A DNA stretch of 64,000 bases from an uncultured delta proteobacterium (lineage in GTDB: Bacteria; Desulfobacterota; Syntrophia; Syntrophales; Smithellaceae). This document shows, piece after piece, positions 21,392 to 32,221 of the stretch. The notes below the pieces were generated by a model. It saw only the letters and a program-made list of their open reading frames with translations. It made no database searches and was not told the DNA's origin. The translations under genes and the position numbers were made by a program. The stretch is taken from assembly GCA_963813455.1 (NCBI GenBank), contig CAWEZF010000008.1, positions 1,874-65,873 of the forward strand, in the 5' to 3' direction. Positions within the stretch are counted from its first letter, which is position 1. Every line of letters begins with the position of its first letter.

Positions 21392-21661
21392 CATCAGTAA
21401 GCATTACCTCAAAAAATTTTGTTGTTGTACTAGGATGTTTTGAATATTTGTAATGTTAACGCGGAGAAAACCTTACTTATTGATACCCAAAACTCGAGGT
21501 GTTAATAAACACAAGCCCACCTGCTTGTCAAGCTTTTTTATGACCGGCAGTCTAATTTTTTAGGGGCTCAAAAAAGAAAAGGCCTAAAAAAGTCTCTAAA
21601 GGCCTATATGCTTGATTATATTTATTATTTTATGAGCAATTAACGAGGCATTGAACGATTA

Positions 21662-22039
21662 TTAATCACCTTGAGCATCAAGTATTTTTCTCTGATCCTG
21701 CTCGTTCATATGCGATTTTCCATCAAAAAAAGCGCCCTCTTCCATCACAAAAACAGGCGTATTTATATCACCTGAAAACTTACCGGTGGAATGAATGTGA
21801 ACTTTCTCTTTAGCTTTCAGAGTCCCCTGAACTTCACCGCTGACATAAATGCTTTTAACGGCAATTGTCGCTTTTACCATGGCGCCTTCACCGACAATCA
21901 AGGAGCCCTGTCCGCTGATTTCTCCCTGAAAATCACCGTCGATACGGACCGAGCCGTTAAAAATCAGCTTACCCGTGAATTCAGCTCCTTTGCCCAAAAT
22001 CGCTTTTATTTCTTCGCTTTCCTGTTTTTTCTCCCACAT
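21662..22039 (-). CDS. bactofilin (polymer-forming cytoskeletal protein)
   Basis: 125 aa with beta-helical repeats typical of DUF583 (GSVRIDGDFQGEISGQGSLIVGEGAMVKA...). Confidence 0.85.
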   Translation of the reverse strand: MWEKKQESEEIKAILGKGAEFTGKLIFNGSVRIDGDFQGEISGQGSLIVGEGAMVKATIAVKSIYVSGEVQGTLKAKEKVHIHSTGKFSGDINTPVFVMEEGAFFDGKSHMNEQDQRKILDAQGD

Positions 22040-22116
22040 GACCTATATGCCTCCTGCCTTAATTTCTCATGGTAACTCGGTGTAAATTTTCACTTTCCTT
22101 AAAATAGCACAGATAT

Positions 22117-23238
22117 TTATTTATGCATAATAAATCTTCGCGCGTTGATATTCATCAATAATCCAATGCCCGCCATTAAGGAAACCATGGCTGAGCCGCC
22201 GTAGCTTAAAAAAGGAAGCGGAATACCGACAACCGGCAGCACTCCCAGAACCATCCCTATGTTAATACATACCTGCCAGGAAAGAAGCGCAACTATCCCA
22301 AACGCGATAATTGTGCCCAATAAGTCCCGCGCGCGCAAGGCAATTTTTAAAGCCCACAAAATAAGCGACATAAACAAAATGAGTAAAATAAATCCGCCGA
22401 TAAATCCCCATTCTTCCGCGAAAACTGAAAACACAAAATCAGTTTGCTGCTCCGGTAAGAATTTTAATTGCGTCTGCGAACCGCTTAGAAAACCCTTTCC
22501 CAGAAGGCCTCCCGAGCCAATCGCGATCATGGATTGAATAATGTGATAGCCGGCGCCCAGCGGATCTCTTTCCGGATTAAAAAAAATGATCAACCTTTCT
22601 TTTTGATAATCTTTCAGAAAGTGCCACACGATAGGAATTGATAATAACACTCCGGAAAACGCGATAATAAAAGATTTCCAGTTGACCCCGATAAAGAAAA
22701 TAACAGAAGCGGATATAAGCAGGACAATCAGCGCCGTTCCCAAATCCGGCTGTTTCAGAATCAGCACAAAAGGAAGCAAAACAATAAGCGCGGGGATGAA
22801 AAGCTGTCTGAGTTTATAAGGCTTCGAGGACTTATGATCATCAAAATATCTGGCCAGAACAAGAATAATCGCGATTTTCATCAGCTCAGAAGGCTGGATC
22901 GCAAGGCCGCCTATAGAAATCCATCTTTGTGAACCATGCATGGTATAGCCGAAAAGAGAAACAAGCACCAAAAGCGCGATGGTGATCCCAAAAATGACAT
23001 AAGCGCCGCGGGCGAGAAACCGGTAATCGATAAGAAACGCGACCGTCATCGCGATTAAGCCAAGCAATATCCACTGAATTTGCTTTATATAAAAAGGTGA
23101 TTGTTCTCCCCCGCTGCCGTAGCTGTGCCCCGCGGAGTAAATGTTTAGAATTCCTATCGCGCAAATGGAAAGCACAATTGCCAGGAGCGCCCAGTCAAAG
23201 TCACGATCATTACGTTGGTCAGATTTAAGAAACAACAT
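22117..23238 (-). CDS. rodA: SEDS peptidoglycan polymerase RodA
   Basis: 373 aa polytopic protein with SEDS signatures (QPSELMK, LKQPDLGTA). Confidence 0.9.
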   Translation of the reverse strand: MLFLKSDQRNDRDFDWALLAIVLSICAIGILNIYSAGHSYGSGGEQSPFYIKQIQWILLGLIAMTVAFLIDYRFLARGAYVIFGITIALLVLVSLFGYTMHGSQRWISIGGLAIQPSELMKIAIILVLARYFDDHKSSKPYKLRQLFIPALIVLLPFVLILKQPDLGTALIVLLISASVIFFIGVNWKSFIIAFSGVLLSIPIVWHFLKDYQKERLIIFFNPERDPLGAGYHIIQSMIAIGSGGLLGKGFLSGSQTQLKFLPEQQTDFVFSVFAEEWGFIGGFILLILFMSLILWALKIALRARDLLGTIIAFGIVALLSWQVCINIGMVLGVLPVVGIPLPFLSYGGSAMVSLMAGIGLLMNINARRFIMHK

Positions 23239-23255
23239 GGTTTTTCCCGATTAGT

Positions 23256-25148
23256 TTATTGGTTTTTCGGCACAGCCGCGCTTTGCGCGATAGCCCCTGG
23301 TTTTTTCTCCCGCGCCTGTTTTGTGAAATAAGCTTCCAGCATTTGACGGGCGATAGGAGCGGCTACCGCGCCACCCCCACCGGCATTTTCCACTATCACG
23401 GCGATTGCTATTTCCGGATTTTTTTGCGGCGCGTAACACACAAATAAAGCGTGGTCTTTATGCATATCTCTGATTTTTTTCGCGAGCCGCGCTCTCGCGT
23501 CCTGGGGCAAGCCGATAACCTGTGAGGTTCCCGTCTTTCCGGCGACATTCGCGTTTAACACCATGGCGTTTCTTCCCGTGCCGCCCTCTTCATTAACCAC
23601 GCCCCACAGAGCCTTGCTCAAAAAATCGAAAGTCTCTTTTTTTAAAGTAAGGTTTCCGATTTTTACTGGTTTAAATTCTTTAAGTTTTTTGCCATCGAAA
23701 GATTCGATGCGCTGTAAATAATAAGGCTGCCAGATAATACCGCCGTTGGCAAAAGCCGCGTATGCGTTGGCCAGCTGCAATGGAGTGAGCAGGTTATATC
23801 CCTGGCCGATAGCGATGGATATGGTTTCACCGGGGAGCCACGGCTGTTTTGTTCTGGCTAATTTCCATTGCCGCGAAGGGACGATGCCGGTTTTTTCGTT
23901 GGGGAAATCAATGCCGGTCGGCTGTCCCAAACCGAAAAGACGCGCGTATTTAGCTATTGTATCCGGGCCCAGAAGTTTGCCCACGTTATAAAAATAAACA
24001 TCGCATGATTCGACGAGAGCTCTATGCAGCGATACGTGCCCGTGTCCGTCTTTTTTCCAGCATCGGAAAGTTCTGTTTCCCATTGTAAAGCCGCCGCCGC
24101 AGAAGAATTGTTTGTGCGGAGTAATAATGCCTTCTTCCAGACCGGCGGCGGCGATAATCAGTTTATAAGTAGAGCCCGGAGGATATTGCCCGGAGACAAC
24201 CTTGTTGGTCATCGGCGCCAGCGGGTTTTGCAGTAAATCGCGCCAGTGTTCGGCGGTGATACCCATGTTAAATAAGTGCGGGTCAAAAGAAGGCGTGCTG
24301 ACCATGGCCAGTATAGCCCCGTCTCTGGGATCCAGCGCGATGGCGGAACCTGCTTTTCCGCTTAAGCCCAGCCAGGCGGCATTTTGCACGTCCGAATCTA
24401 TGGTCATTATAACATTATTGCCGGGTTGAGGCTCTACGCGCCCCAGTTTCTGAATTTCTTTTTCATGGACATTTACTTCCACCAGTTCAGCGCCGTTGCG
24501 CCCGCGCAAATAGGAATCCAGAACTTTTTCCACTCCGTGCTTTCCGGCAATATCCCCAAGAGTGTATTCCGAATCCCCGCTTTCCAAATCATCTTTATCG
24601 ACTTCGCCGGTATAGCCGAGCAAGGAAGCGGTTATTTCTCCCTGCGGATACAAACGCACGGGTGAAACATCCACATATATACCGGGTAAAGTCACCGAGT
24701 TTGCCTCCACGATCGCCACTTTTTCCATGCCGACATTTCTTTCCAGCTTGACGGGCATATAAGGCCTTGTTTTTTTTGAGTATTGCTTGCTCAGATCAAT
24801 TTGCATCTTTTTGCGCGCGTAAAGTATCTGAAGGCGGGATACTAATTGTTCGTTATCCGCAGTTGTGCCGGGCATATAGACAACATCAAATGAAGGAAGA
24901 TTATCGGCAATGACCACGCCGTTTCTGTCCGTGATTATGCCGCGCATGGGCGGAATCTTACGGAAGCGGACAGAGTTGCTCTCCGAGCGCTCTTTCAGCT
25001 CCGTCGCCTTAATAACCTGCAGGTACCAGAGCCTCATCAGCAGAAGAGAAAATACAATCAGCACTACGCTGAAAACAACTTTAAATTTCTGCCGAAATTC
25101 GGGAGCCTCCGGAGCGTTCAATCCGGTGAAACGGTTTTCCATAAACAA
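23256..25148 (-). CDS. mrdA: penicillin-binding protein 2 (elongasome transpeptidase)
   Basis: 630 aa with SxxK (STYK) and KTGT motifs. The start may be 25142. Confidence 0.9.
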   Translation of the reverse strand: MFMENRFTGLNAPEAPEFRQKFKVVFSVVLIVFSLLLMRLWYLQVIKATELKERSESNSVRFRKIPPMRGIITDRNGVVIADNLPSFDVVYMPGTTADNEQLVSRLQILYARKKMQIDLSKQYSKKTRPYMPVKLERNVGMEKVAIVEANSVTLPGIYVDVSPVRLYPQGEITASLLGYTGEVDKDDLESGDSEYTLGDIAGKHGVEKVLDSYLRGRNGAELVEVNVHEKEIQKLGRVEPQPGNNVIMTIDSDVQNAAWLGLSGKAGSAIALDPRDGAILAMVSTPSFDPHLFNMGITAEHWRDLLQNPLAPMTNKVVSGQYPPGSTYKLIIAAAGLEEGIITPHKQFFCGGGFTMGNRTFRCWKKDGHGHVSLHRALVESCDVYFYNVGKLLGPDTIAKYARLFGLGQPTGIDFPNEKTGIVPSRQWKLARTKQPWLPGETISIAIGQGYNLLTPLQLANAYAAFANGGIIWQPYYLQRIESFDGKKLKEFKPVKIGNLTLKKETFDFLSKALWGVVNEEGGTGRNAMVLNANVAGKTGTSQVIGLPQDARARLAKKIRDMHKDHALFVCYAPQKNPEIAIAVIVENAGGGGAVAAPIARQMLEAYFTKQAREKKPGAIAQSAAVPKNQ

Positions 25149-25620
25149 ACACCTCTAATCGGCGCATCAAATAAAAAAACACGGGAGTAAACAGGCCGAT
25201 AAGCAGGGCCTGCGGCAAAAGAATAAACGGGATGCTGAATGCCGCGTCAAATTGCAGTAGCAGGTTGTAAAACAGCACAACAAGCAGTTGTTCTATCAAA
25301 GCGCACACAAAGCCAAATATCGCGACAAAATGAAGTTTGTCGGTATCCATAACAAAAGACACGACAAAGGAAACAACAAAAATCAAAAGATAAATTAAGG
25401 TAAAAAGTCCTGTTACGGAGCCCACAAGACAATCAAAAACAAAACCGAACACAAAAGCAAGCGCGGCTCCTTTAACCAGATCCAGACGAAACCCCGCGTA
25501 GATAACCGCGATGAGAGATAATTCGATAACCAGACGTCCGGAAAACAGTATATCGGCAACAGCGATCTGCAGCGCGATGAGCAAAATAGATAATACTGGC
25601 AAAAATAAGCAATAGACCAT
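25081..25620 (-). CDS. mreD: rod shape-determining protein MreD
   Basis: 179 aa hydrophobic protein between mreC and mrdA. Its 3' end overlaps the mrdA start. Confidence 0.75.
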   Translation of the reverse strand: MVYCLFLPVLSILLIALQIAVADILFSGRLVIELSLIAVIYAGFRLDLVKGAALAFVFGFVFDCLVGSVTGLFTLIYLLIFVVSFVVSFVMDTDKLHFVAIFGFVCALIEQLLVVLFYNLLLQFDAAFSIPFILLPQALLIGLFTPVFFYLMRRLEVFVYGKPFHRIERSGGSRISAEI

Positions 25621-25622
25621 TT

Positions 25623-26450
25623 TTACTTCTTGCCTTTTTCTTCAGAAGTCAGAACCAGCACTTCTTCTAATTTTGAAAAATCAATATAGGGAGTAACGCT
25701 GATGTTAAGAAAAAGCTCCGTATCCGGTTTTTTTACGTCCCTCACCTGGCCGACAAACAATCCTTTGGGGAAGACGCCGCCCATGCCGGAAGAGATAACA
25801 ATGTCACCCGCAACGACATCCTGATTTTTAGTTATATATTTCAACTTACCGCCACGTAATCCCTCCCCGCTGAAAATTCCCTGAACGCGTGTCCTGTCCA
25901 GTAAAACATCAACATTACTGTTTTCGTCAATAATCAGCAGCACTTTGGCGACATTCCATGAAACATGAACCACGCGCCCGACCAGGCCGGCATGCGCCAC
26001 AACAGGCATGCCCGATTTTAAACCGTCAAACGAGCCTTTGTCTATTATAATGGTTTTGGAAAGCGCCCCCTGCTCTCTGGCGATAACGCGGGCGGCGATA
26101 AAAGAGTAGCCGAGTGATTCTTTAAGAGCGAGCAGCTTGCGCAATCTTTCCGTTTCGGAATAACCTTCTTTATAAAAAAGGAGCTCGGCTTCCAGCTCGC
26201 TGATTGTTTTTGTTAAATTTTTATTTTCTTCAACCAGGCCGACCAGGAAGACATATCGATCCCATGAATTGCCCACGCTTTTGACCGTATCGTGCGCTAA
26301 TTTTTGGAACGGCGCCGCTGCCTCCATGATGATTTTCCGGAAAAATCCCCCGCCTTTATCATATTTTGTGTTGTAAGATAACATGATCAGCGCGAAGAGA
26401 AACAGAAGAACCACAAAAATAATTGATTTATAATTTTTGAGAAAAAACAT
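25623..26450 (-). CDS. mreC: rod shape-determining protein MreC
   Basis: 275 aa with an N-terminal TM segment, a coiled coil and the beta-barrel motif GLVGRV. Confidence 0.85.
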   Translation of the reverse strand: MFFLKNYKSIIFVVLLFLFALIMLSYNTKYDKGGGFFRKIIMEAAAPFQKLAHDTVKSVGNSWDRYVFLVGLVEENKNLTKTISELEAELLFYKEGYSETERLRKLLALKESLGYSFIAARVIAREQGALSKTIIIDKGSFDGLKSGMPVVAHAGLVGRVVHVSWNVAKVLLIIDENSNVDVLLDRTRVQGIFSGEGLRGGKLKYITKNQDVVAGDIVISSGMGGVFPKGLFVGQVRDVKKPDTELFLNISVTPYIDFSKLEEVLVLTSEEKGKK

Positions 26451-26544
26451 TTTTTATCCGATTAAACAAATAATCATAAATCCGCGCCGGCAGCAGATAA
26501 TAAGAGGTGACGGATTCGCAAGGCGCGGTTATTGCCGGACGCTT

Positions 26545-27600
<1,056 letters not shown>

Positions 27601-27770
27601 CTATCAGAAAAACAAATTGTCGTCCGGCTGAACAACGGTTTTCTATACCGTATTTCCCCTATCTAATCAACGCCTTTTTAAATTATATTTGCATTTTATA
27701 TATGACTGTAATAGGGAAACCTAGAAATAAACAATCGTCTGAAGCTGTAATCATTTTTTGAGGAGATTTT

Positions 27771-29369
27771 ATGCTTAAATTTTTTCGTAAACACGCGCGC
27801 GGCTGGTTTATGCTTGCCGTCATCGCCATCATCATCATCGTATTTGTTCTTTATTTCGGCACCGACAGGGGCTCCCAGGCCGCTTCGGTCATAGCCATTG
27901 TGGACGGAAGAGTCATCAGTGTGGCGGAATTTCACACGGAATATGAAAGAACAATGGACATGATCCGGCAGCGCTATGGCGCTAATATTTCACCGGAAAT
28001 CCTTAAACAAATGGATCTTAAGCAAAAAACTTATGACGATCTCATGAGCCGGCATGTCATTATTTCCAAGGCTGAAGATTTAAAAGTAAGGGTATCGGAT
28101 GAAGAATTGCGGGAGATGATTACGTCCATTCCGGGGTTTCAGACAAACGGCATTTTTGATGAGCGCAAATACCGTCAGATGCTGCGGGCCAACCGGATTT
28201 CCGCCGAAGACTTTGAGGCGCTCCAGAGAGTCAATCAGATGGCCGGCAGAATAGAAATGATTGTCCGCGAGGGAATCAAAGTCTCCGAAGAGGAAGTTTT
28301 TGATCTGTTCGTCTTGCAAAACCAGAAAATCAATCTTCAGTATGTGAAAATATCTGGTCAAAATATCAAAAAAACAATTTCTCCCACCGCCGCCGAACTG
28401 GAAAAATATTTAACCGGAAACAGCGCCGCGTTTAGGCGCCCTGAACAGGTTAAAGTAAAATATCTTTATTTTCCCGCGGCGGCTTTCGCGATTGGCTCTA
28501 TTAGCGACGCCGAGGTTCGCGATTATTATGATCTGCATAAAGACTCTTATCGCGACAAGGCAGGCAAACAATTATCTTTTACCGAGGCAAGAAGCCTTAT
28601 CTTCAAAGAACTCAGCATGAACAGGGGCGCGCAAAAAGCTCAGGCCGAGGCAAAAAAAGCGCGGGATGTGATTTATCAGGAAAATAATTTTGACGAATAC
28701 GGCAGAAAAAATAATTTGGTAATCAGCAGAACCGGCTTTTTCCCCGTGGATAAGCCGCCGCAGGAATTTGTTTCCGTTAAAGGTTTCGAAAAGGAGATTC
28801 TGGAATTAAGAGAAGGGGAGTTAAGCCGAATTCTGATGAAAGACAGCGGCTATTATCTGGTTGAACTCGTTGAGAAAAAAGCTTCTTACGTACCGCAGTT
28901 TAAGGAAATCGAAAACGAAGTAAGAAAACATTATATCTTTTTTGAAAAGAATCGCCTTGCCGCCGAGGAAGCCCGGCTGATTCTGGAAAAGGCCAAAGCG
29001 GGAGAGCCGCTCGATAAAGTCGCCCGCGCTAAAGGTTTTGGAGTTGATGAAACGGGCTTTTTCCAGCCGGGAGATTCCATTCCGAAGATCGGTGTTAATC
29101 AGGGCGCCGCGGAAACTCTTTATCAGCTTTCCGCCGCGAATCCTTATCCGGCAAATCCTCTTTTTGTCAATGACGCCTACATCGTGTTTAAACTCAAAGG
29201 CACAAGCAAAGTGGACCGCAAGGATTTTGAAGGAAAGAAAGCGGCTTACGAAAGAATGCTGCTGAACGTTAAACAGGAAGAAGCGATGCGTTCGTGGCTG
29301 GAAGGCAACAAAGAAGCGCTGATTAAGGCAAAAAGAATAAGCATAAAGAAGCACGCGCAGGATTTATAA
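27771..29369 (+). CDS. PpiD/SurA-N-domain periplasmic chaperone (PPIase-like)
   Basis: 532 aa with an N-terminal TM anchor after MLKFFRKHARGW, then SurA_N-like and rotamase-like regions. Confidence 0.7.
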   Translation: MLKFFRKHARGWFMLAVIAIIIIVFVLYFGTDRGSQAASVIAIVDGRVISVAEFHTEYERTMDMIRQRYGANISPEILKQMDLKQKTYDDLMSRHVIISKAEDLKVRVSDEELREMITSIPGFQTNGIFDERKYRQMLRANRISAEDFEALQRVNQMAGRIEMIVREGIKVSEEEVFDLFVLQNQKINLQYVKISGQNIKKTISPTAAELEKYLTGNSAAFRRPEQVKVKYLYFPAAAFAIGSISDAEVRDYYDLHKDSYRDKAGKQLSFTEARSLIFKELSMNRGAQKAQAEAKKARDVIYQENNFDEYGRKNNLVISRTGFFPVDKPPQEFVSVKGFEKEILELREGELSRILMKDSGYYLVELVEKKASYVPQFKEIENEVRKHYIFFEKNRLAAEEARLILEKAKAGEPLDKVARAKGFGVDETGFFQPGDSIPKIGVNQGAAETLYQLSAANPYPANPLFVNDAYIVFKLKGTSKVDRKDFEGKKAAYERMLLNVKQEEAMRSWLEGNKEALIKAKRISIKKHAQDL

Positions 29370-29379
29370 TAACCAAAAA

Positions 29380-29414
29380 GGGAATCATCACTTTATGATG
29401 ATTCCCTTAATTTT

Positions 29415-29415
<1 letters not shown>
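29380..29415 (+). terminator. rho-independent terminator after the ppiD-like gene
   Basis: 10-bp stem GGGAATCATC/GATGATTCCC followed by TTAATTTTT. Confidence 0.65.
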
Positions 29416-29490
<75 letters not shown>

Positions 29491-29558
29491 TTGAGAGTGT
29501 TTAAAAAATGTGCTGCCCAATTAACACAGGCATAAAACACTGTCAACTTGATTTTAGC

Positions 29559-29586
29559 TTGACTTTATCCCGACCGCTTATATAAT
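29559..29586 (+). promoter_or_regulatory. near-consensus sigma70 promoter for tRNA-Leu
   Basis: TTGACT, 16-nt spacer, TATAAT. The -10 element ends 10 nt before the mature tRNA 5' end. Confidence 0.55.
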
Positions 29587-29596
29587 CGCACCCCGT

Positions 29597-29684
29597 GCCG
29601 GAGTGGTGAAACTGGTAGACGCAGGGGACTCAAAATCCCCCGATCTTTACGGTCATGTCGGTTCGATTCCGACCTCCGGCACCA
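29597..29684 (+). tRNA. tRNA-Leu (anticodon CAA)
   Basis: 88-nt type II tRNA: acceptor GCCGGAG/CTCCGGC, anticodon loop CTCAAAA, long variable arm, T loop GGTTCGATTCC, encoded CCA. Confidence 0.9.
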
Positions 29685-29779
29685 ATCTTAAATTTTTCAA
29701 AATAATAGTGTTTGGCAGTTTCTGAAGATAGTATTTATCGATGTTTTTAAACATTATTCCTTAAGGAGAAATTAAAATT

Positions 29780-30610
29780 ATGGAGAAAAATCTTGTTTAC
29801 CGCGGCAAATCCAAGGATGTTTTTAAAATAACAAGCGGCGTATACAAAGGAAAGTACCGCTTTGTCTTTACCGACAAGGCTACGGGTTATATGGAAAACG
29901 GCAAACCGGTTTTCGACCCGGGGTATGATATTGTCGTGGGCGAGATTCCCGGCAAAGGCGCGATTGCGTGCCGCTTTGCCACGCATTTTTTTACACTGCT
30001 CAAAGCCAAAGGCGTTCCCACTCATTACATTGAAACCGTAAGCGATAATGAAATGATTGTCGAACCGGCCGAGCCGCTGGGCATGCCTGTGGCCAAGCCC
30101 CTGTTTCCCGGCGCGGAACCTCTGGCCAATCTGGAATTCACCTGGCGCAACAACGCGACCGGCAGTTTCTGGAGAAGATACCCGTTTGTAAGGCCTTGTA
30201 AAAATCTGCATAAAGTTGTCGAGGCGTGGACCAAAGGCGATAGCGACATTCTGATTACGTTTGAGGCGCTCCAGGAAGCGGGCGCGCTCACCAAAAAGGA
30301 AATTGCGGATAGCGTGAAGCTGGTCAAAAAAATCGCCGATATTGTTTCCAAAGAATTTAAATCAAAAAAACTGCATGTCATCGACGGAAAATTTGAACTG
30401 GGCAGGTTGAAATACGGCAGGGGCAAAATCGTGCTGATTGACGAGGTATCGCCCGACGTACTGCGCGTCTGCCGCGGCTTCAAGCCGGATAAAGCCGGAA
30501 ACTGCACGCAGTTTACCAAGTGCGCCGTCACCAATTATTCCGAAGGCAAAAGAACCATCAAAAACAAAAATCAGGTTCGCGCGGCGGATTTTATTGATAT
30601 CTTTTTATAG
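29780..30610 (+). CDS. SAICAR-synthase (PurC) family protein, divergent and longer than usual
   Basis: 276 aa. YRGKSKDVF, LEFTWRNNATGSF, IDGKFELG and IDEVSPD parallel the E. coli PurC motifs YRGKAKTVY, VVRNRAAGS, VDFKLEFG and GDEFSPD. Confidence 0.6.
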   Translation: MEKNLVYRGKSKDVFKITSGVYKGKYRFVFTDKATGYMENGKPVFDPGYDIVVGEIPGKGAIACRFATHFFTLLKAKGVPTHYIETVSDNEMIVEPAEPLGMPVAKPLFPGAEPLANLEFTWRNNATGSFWRRYPFVRPCKNLHKVVEAWTKGDSDILITFEALQEAGALTKKEIADSVKLVKKIADIVSKEFKSKKLHVIDGKFELGRLKYGRGKIVLIDEVSPDVLRVCRGFKPDKAGNCTQFTKCAVTNYSEGKRTIKNKNQVRAADFIDIFL

Positions 30611-30650
30611 AAGATCTGATTTGCTTGCCGGTAGTGAGTGAAATTTCCCC

Positions 30651-30764
30651 TTGTCCTTGCGAGGGCGTGTAACGACCGAAGCAATCTCATGCTTTTCTAA
30701 AAACAAAGAGATTGCCACCCGGCATTCGCCGGGCACGCTGCTCCTGCGGTAGCTCGTAAAGACA
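30651..30764. repeat. dispersed palindromic intergenic repeat (copy a)
   Basis: TTGTCCTTGCGAGGG...CGAAGCAATCTC / GAGATTGCC...GGCATTCGCCGGGCA...CGTAAAGACA. The arms are inverted copies and share motifs with copies b-e. Confidence 0.5.
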
Positions 30765-30772
30765 TACGCAAT

Positions 30773-32219
30773 TTATGTTGATTTGCAAAGCGCTTCGAGT
30801 TTTTTGGTAAGAATTTCCCTGATTACTTTCGGATTGGCTTTGCCGCCGGATGCCTGCATCGCCTGGCCGATTAAAAACCCCAAAGCTTTTCCCTGGCCGT
30901 TTTTATAATCGGCAACGGCGGACGGCTGATCGCCCAGCACCTTGTCGATCAAAGAATCAATTTCTCCGTGATCCGATACCTGCTTGAATCCTTTGGCGCG
31001 CACAATCGCTTCCGGCGATTCATCGCTTTCAAACAAATGCGCCAGCACTTCGCGCGCGGCGTTGGCGTTGATTTCATCGCGCGCCAGCATTTTGAGCAGG
31101 GCGGCAAAACGCGCGGGTGTTACGGATGTCTGCCCCAGCTCCTGGCGCTTTTCTTTTACCGCGGGGATTAACTGCGTGGTGAGCCAGTGCATGGCCGTGC
31201 GCGCGGCTACTCCTTCTTTAATCAGATTTTCAAAATAAAGAGCTACTTCCGCGTCGGTACTCAGATAGGAAGCTTCTTCCGCGGAAAGCCCGTATTGTTT
31301 GACAAAACGCTCCGCGCGGGCGGCGGGCATTTCCGGCAGGCGCGCGCGCAGGACTTCAATCTCTTTTTTGGACAATTTAATTACCGGCACACAAGGGTCG
31401 GGAACGCACGGGCCTTCAAATTTGGCGCGCATCGGCGTGGTGACTTTCTTTTCCGGATCCCACAGGCGCGTGTGCAGCACGATTTTTTCGCCGGCCTGAA
31501 CCGCCGCGCCCTGGCGGTTGATTTCATACGCGATGGCATCCCCCACGTGACGCACCGAGTTCATGTTTTTTACTTCCACTTTGGTATTCATCTGGCTTGT
31601 GCCTCTGGGGCGGATGGAGATATTGGCGTCAACGCGCATTGTGCCGTTTTCCATGCTGCACTCCGATGAACCGACGTTGCGCACCTGCGCGCGCAGCGCT
31701 TTGAGAAATTCCATCGCGTGATGCGGCGAGCGCAAATCCGGCTCCGATGACAATTTCCACCAACGGCGCTCCCGCGCGGTTGAAATCCACCAGGCTTACC
31801 GGTTTGCGCCCTTCCATTTCATGCACCAGCTTGGCCACGTCTTCTTCCATGTGGATGTGATGAATGCGCAATCTTTTGGCCGCGCCGTCTTCGTCGGTGA
31901 TGTCAATCCAGCCGCCTTTTGACAAAGGCAAATGCGCCTGCGAGAGCTGATAGCCTTTGGGCAAATCAGGATAGTAATAAACTTTCTGGTCAAAGGCGCT
32001 CACGGGCTGAATTTCGGCATTTAGTCCCAGGCATAAAAGCGCGGCTTTTTCCAGCGCCGCCTGGCTAAGCCTGGGCGACGCGCCGGGAAACCACAGGCAG
32101 ACAGGGCAGGTATTAATATTGGGCTCGTCGCCGGGGTTGTTGGGGCAGTCGCAAAACATTTTTGTCGCGCAGTTAAGTTCGATATGAATTTCCAGGCCGA
32201 TAACCGCTTCAAAATCCAT
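30773..32219 (-). pseudogene. gatB: Asp/Glu-tRNA amidotransferase subunit B, one frame break (or sequence error)
   Basis: N-terminal ORF 31629-32219 (IGLEIHIELN, VDFNRAGAPLVEIV). C-terminal ORF 30773-31753 (SEPDLRSPHHAMEF...YqQ/GatB_Yqey tail). Removing one A near 31748 restores EIVSEPDLRS. Confidence 0.85.
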
Positions 32220-32221
32220 GA

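Noticed and set aside
28821-29354. 177-aa minus-strand ORF
   Set aside because: It is antisense to the ppiD-like gene. It is Phe/Lys-rich, reflecting the AT-rich reverse frame.
29747-30534. 154-aa and 169-aa minus-strand ORFs
   Set aside because: They are antisense to the PurC-family gene and have no motifs.
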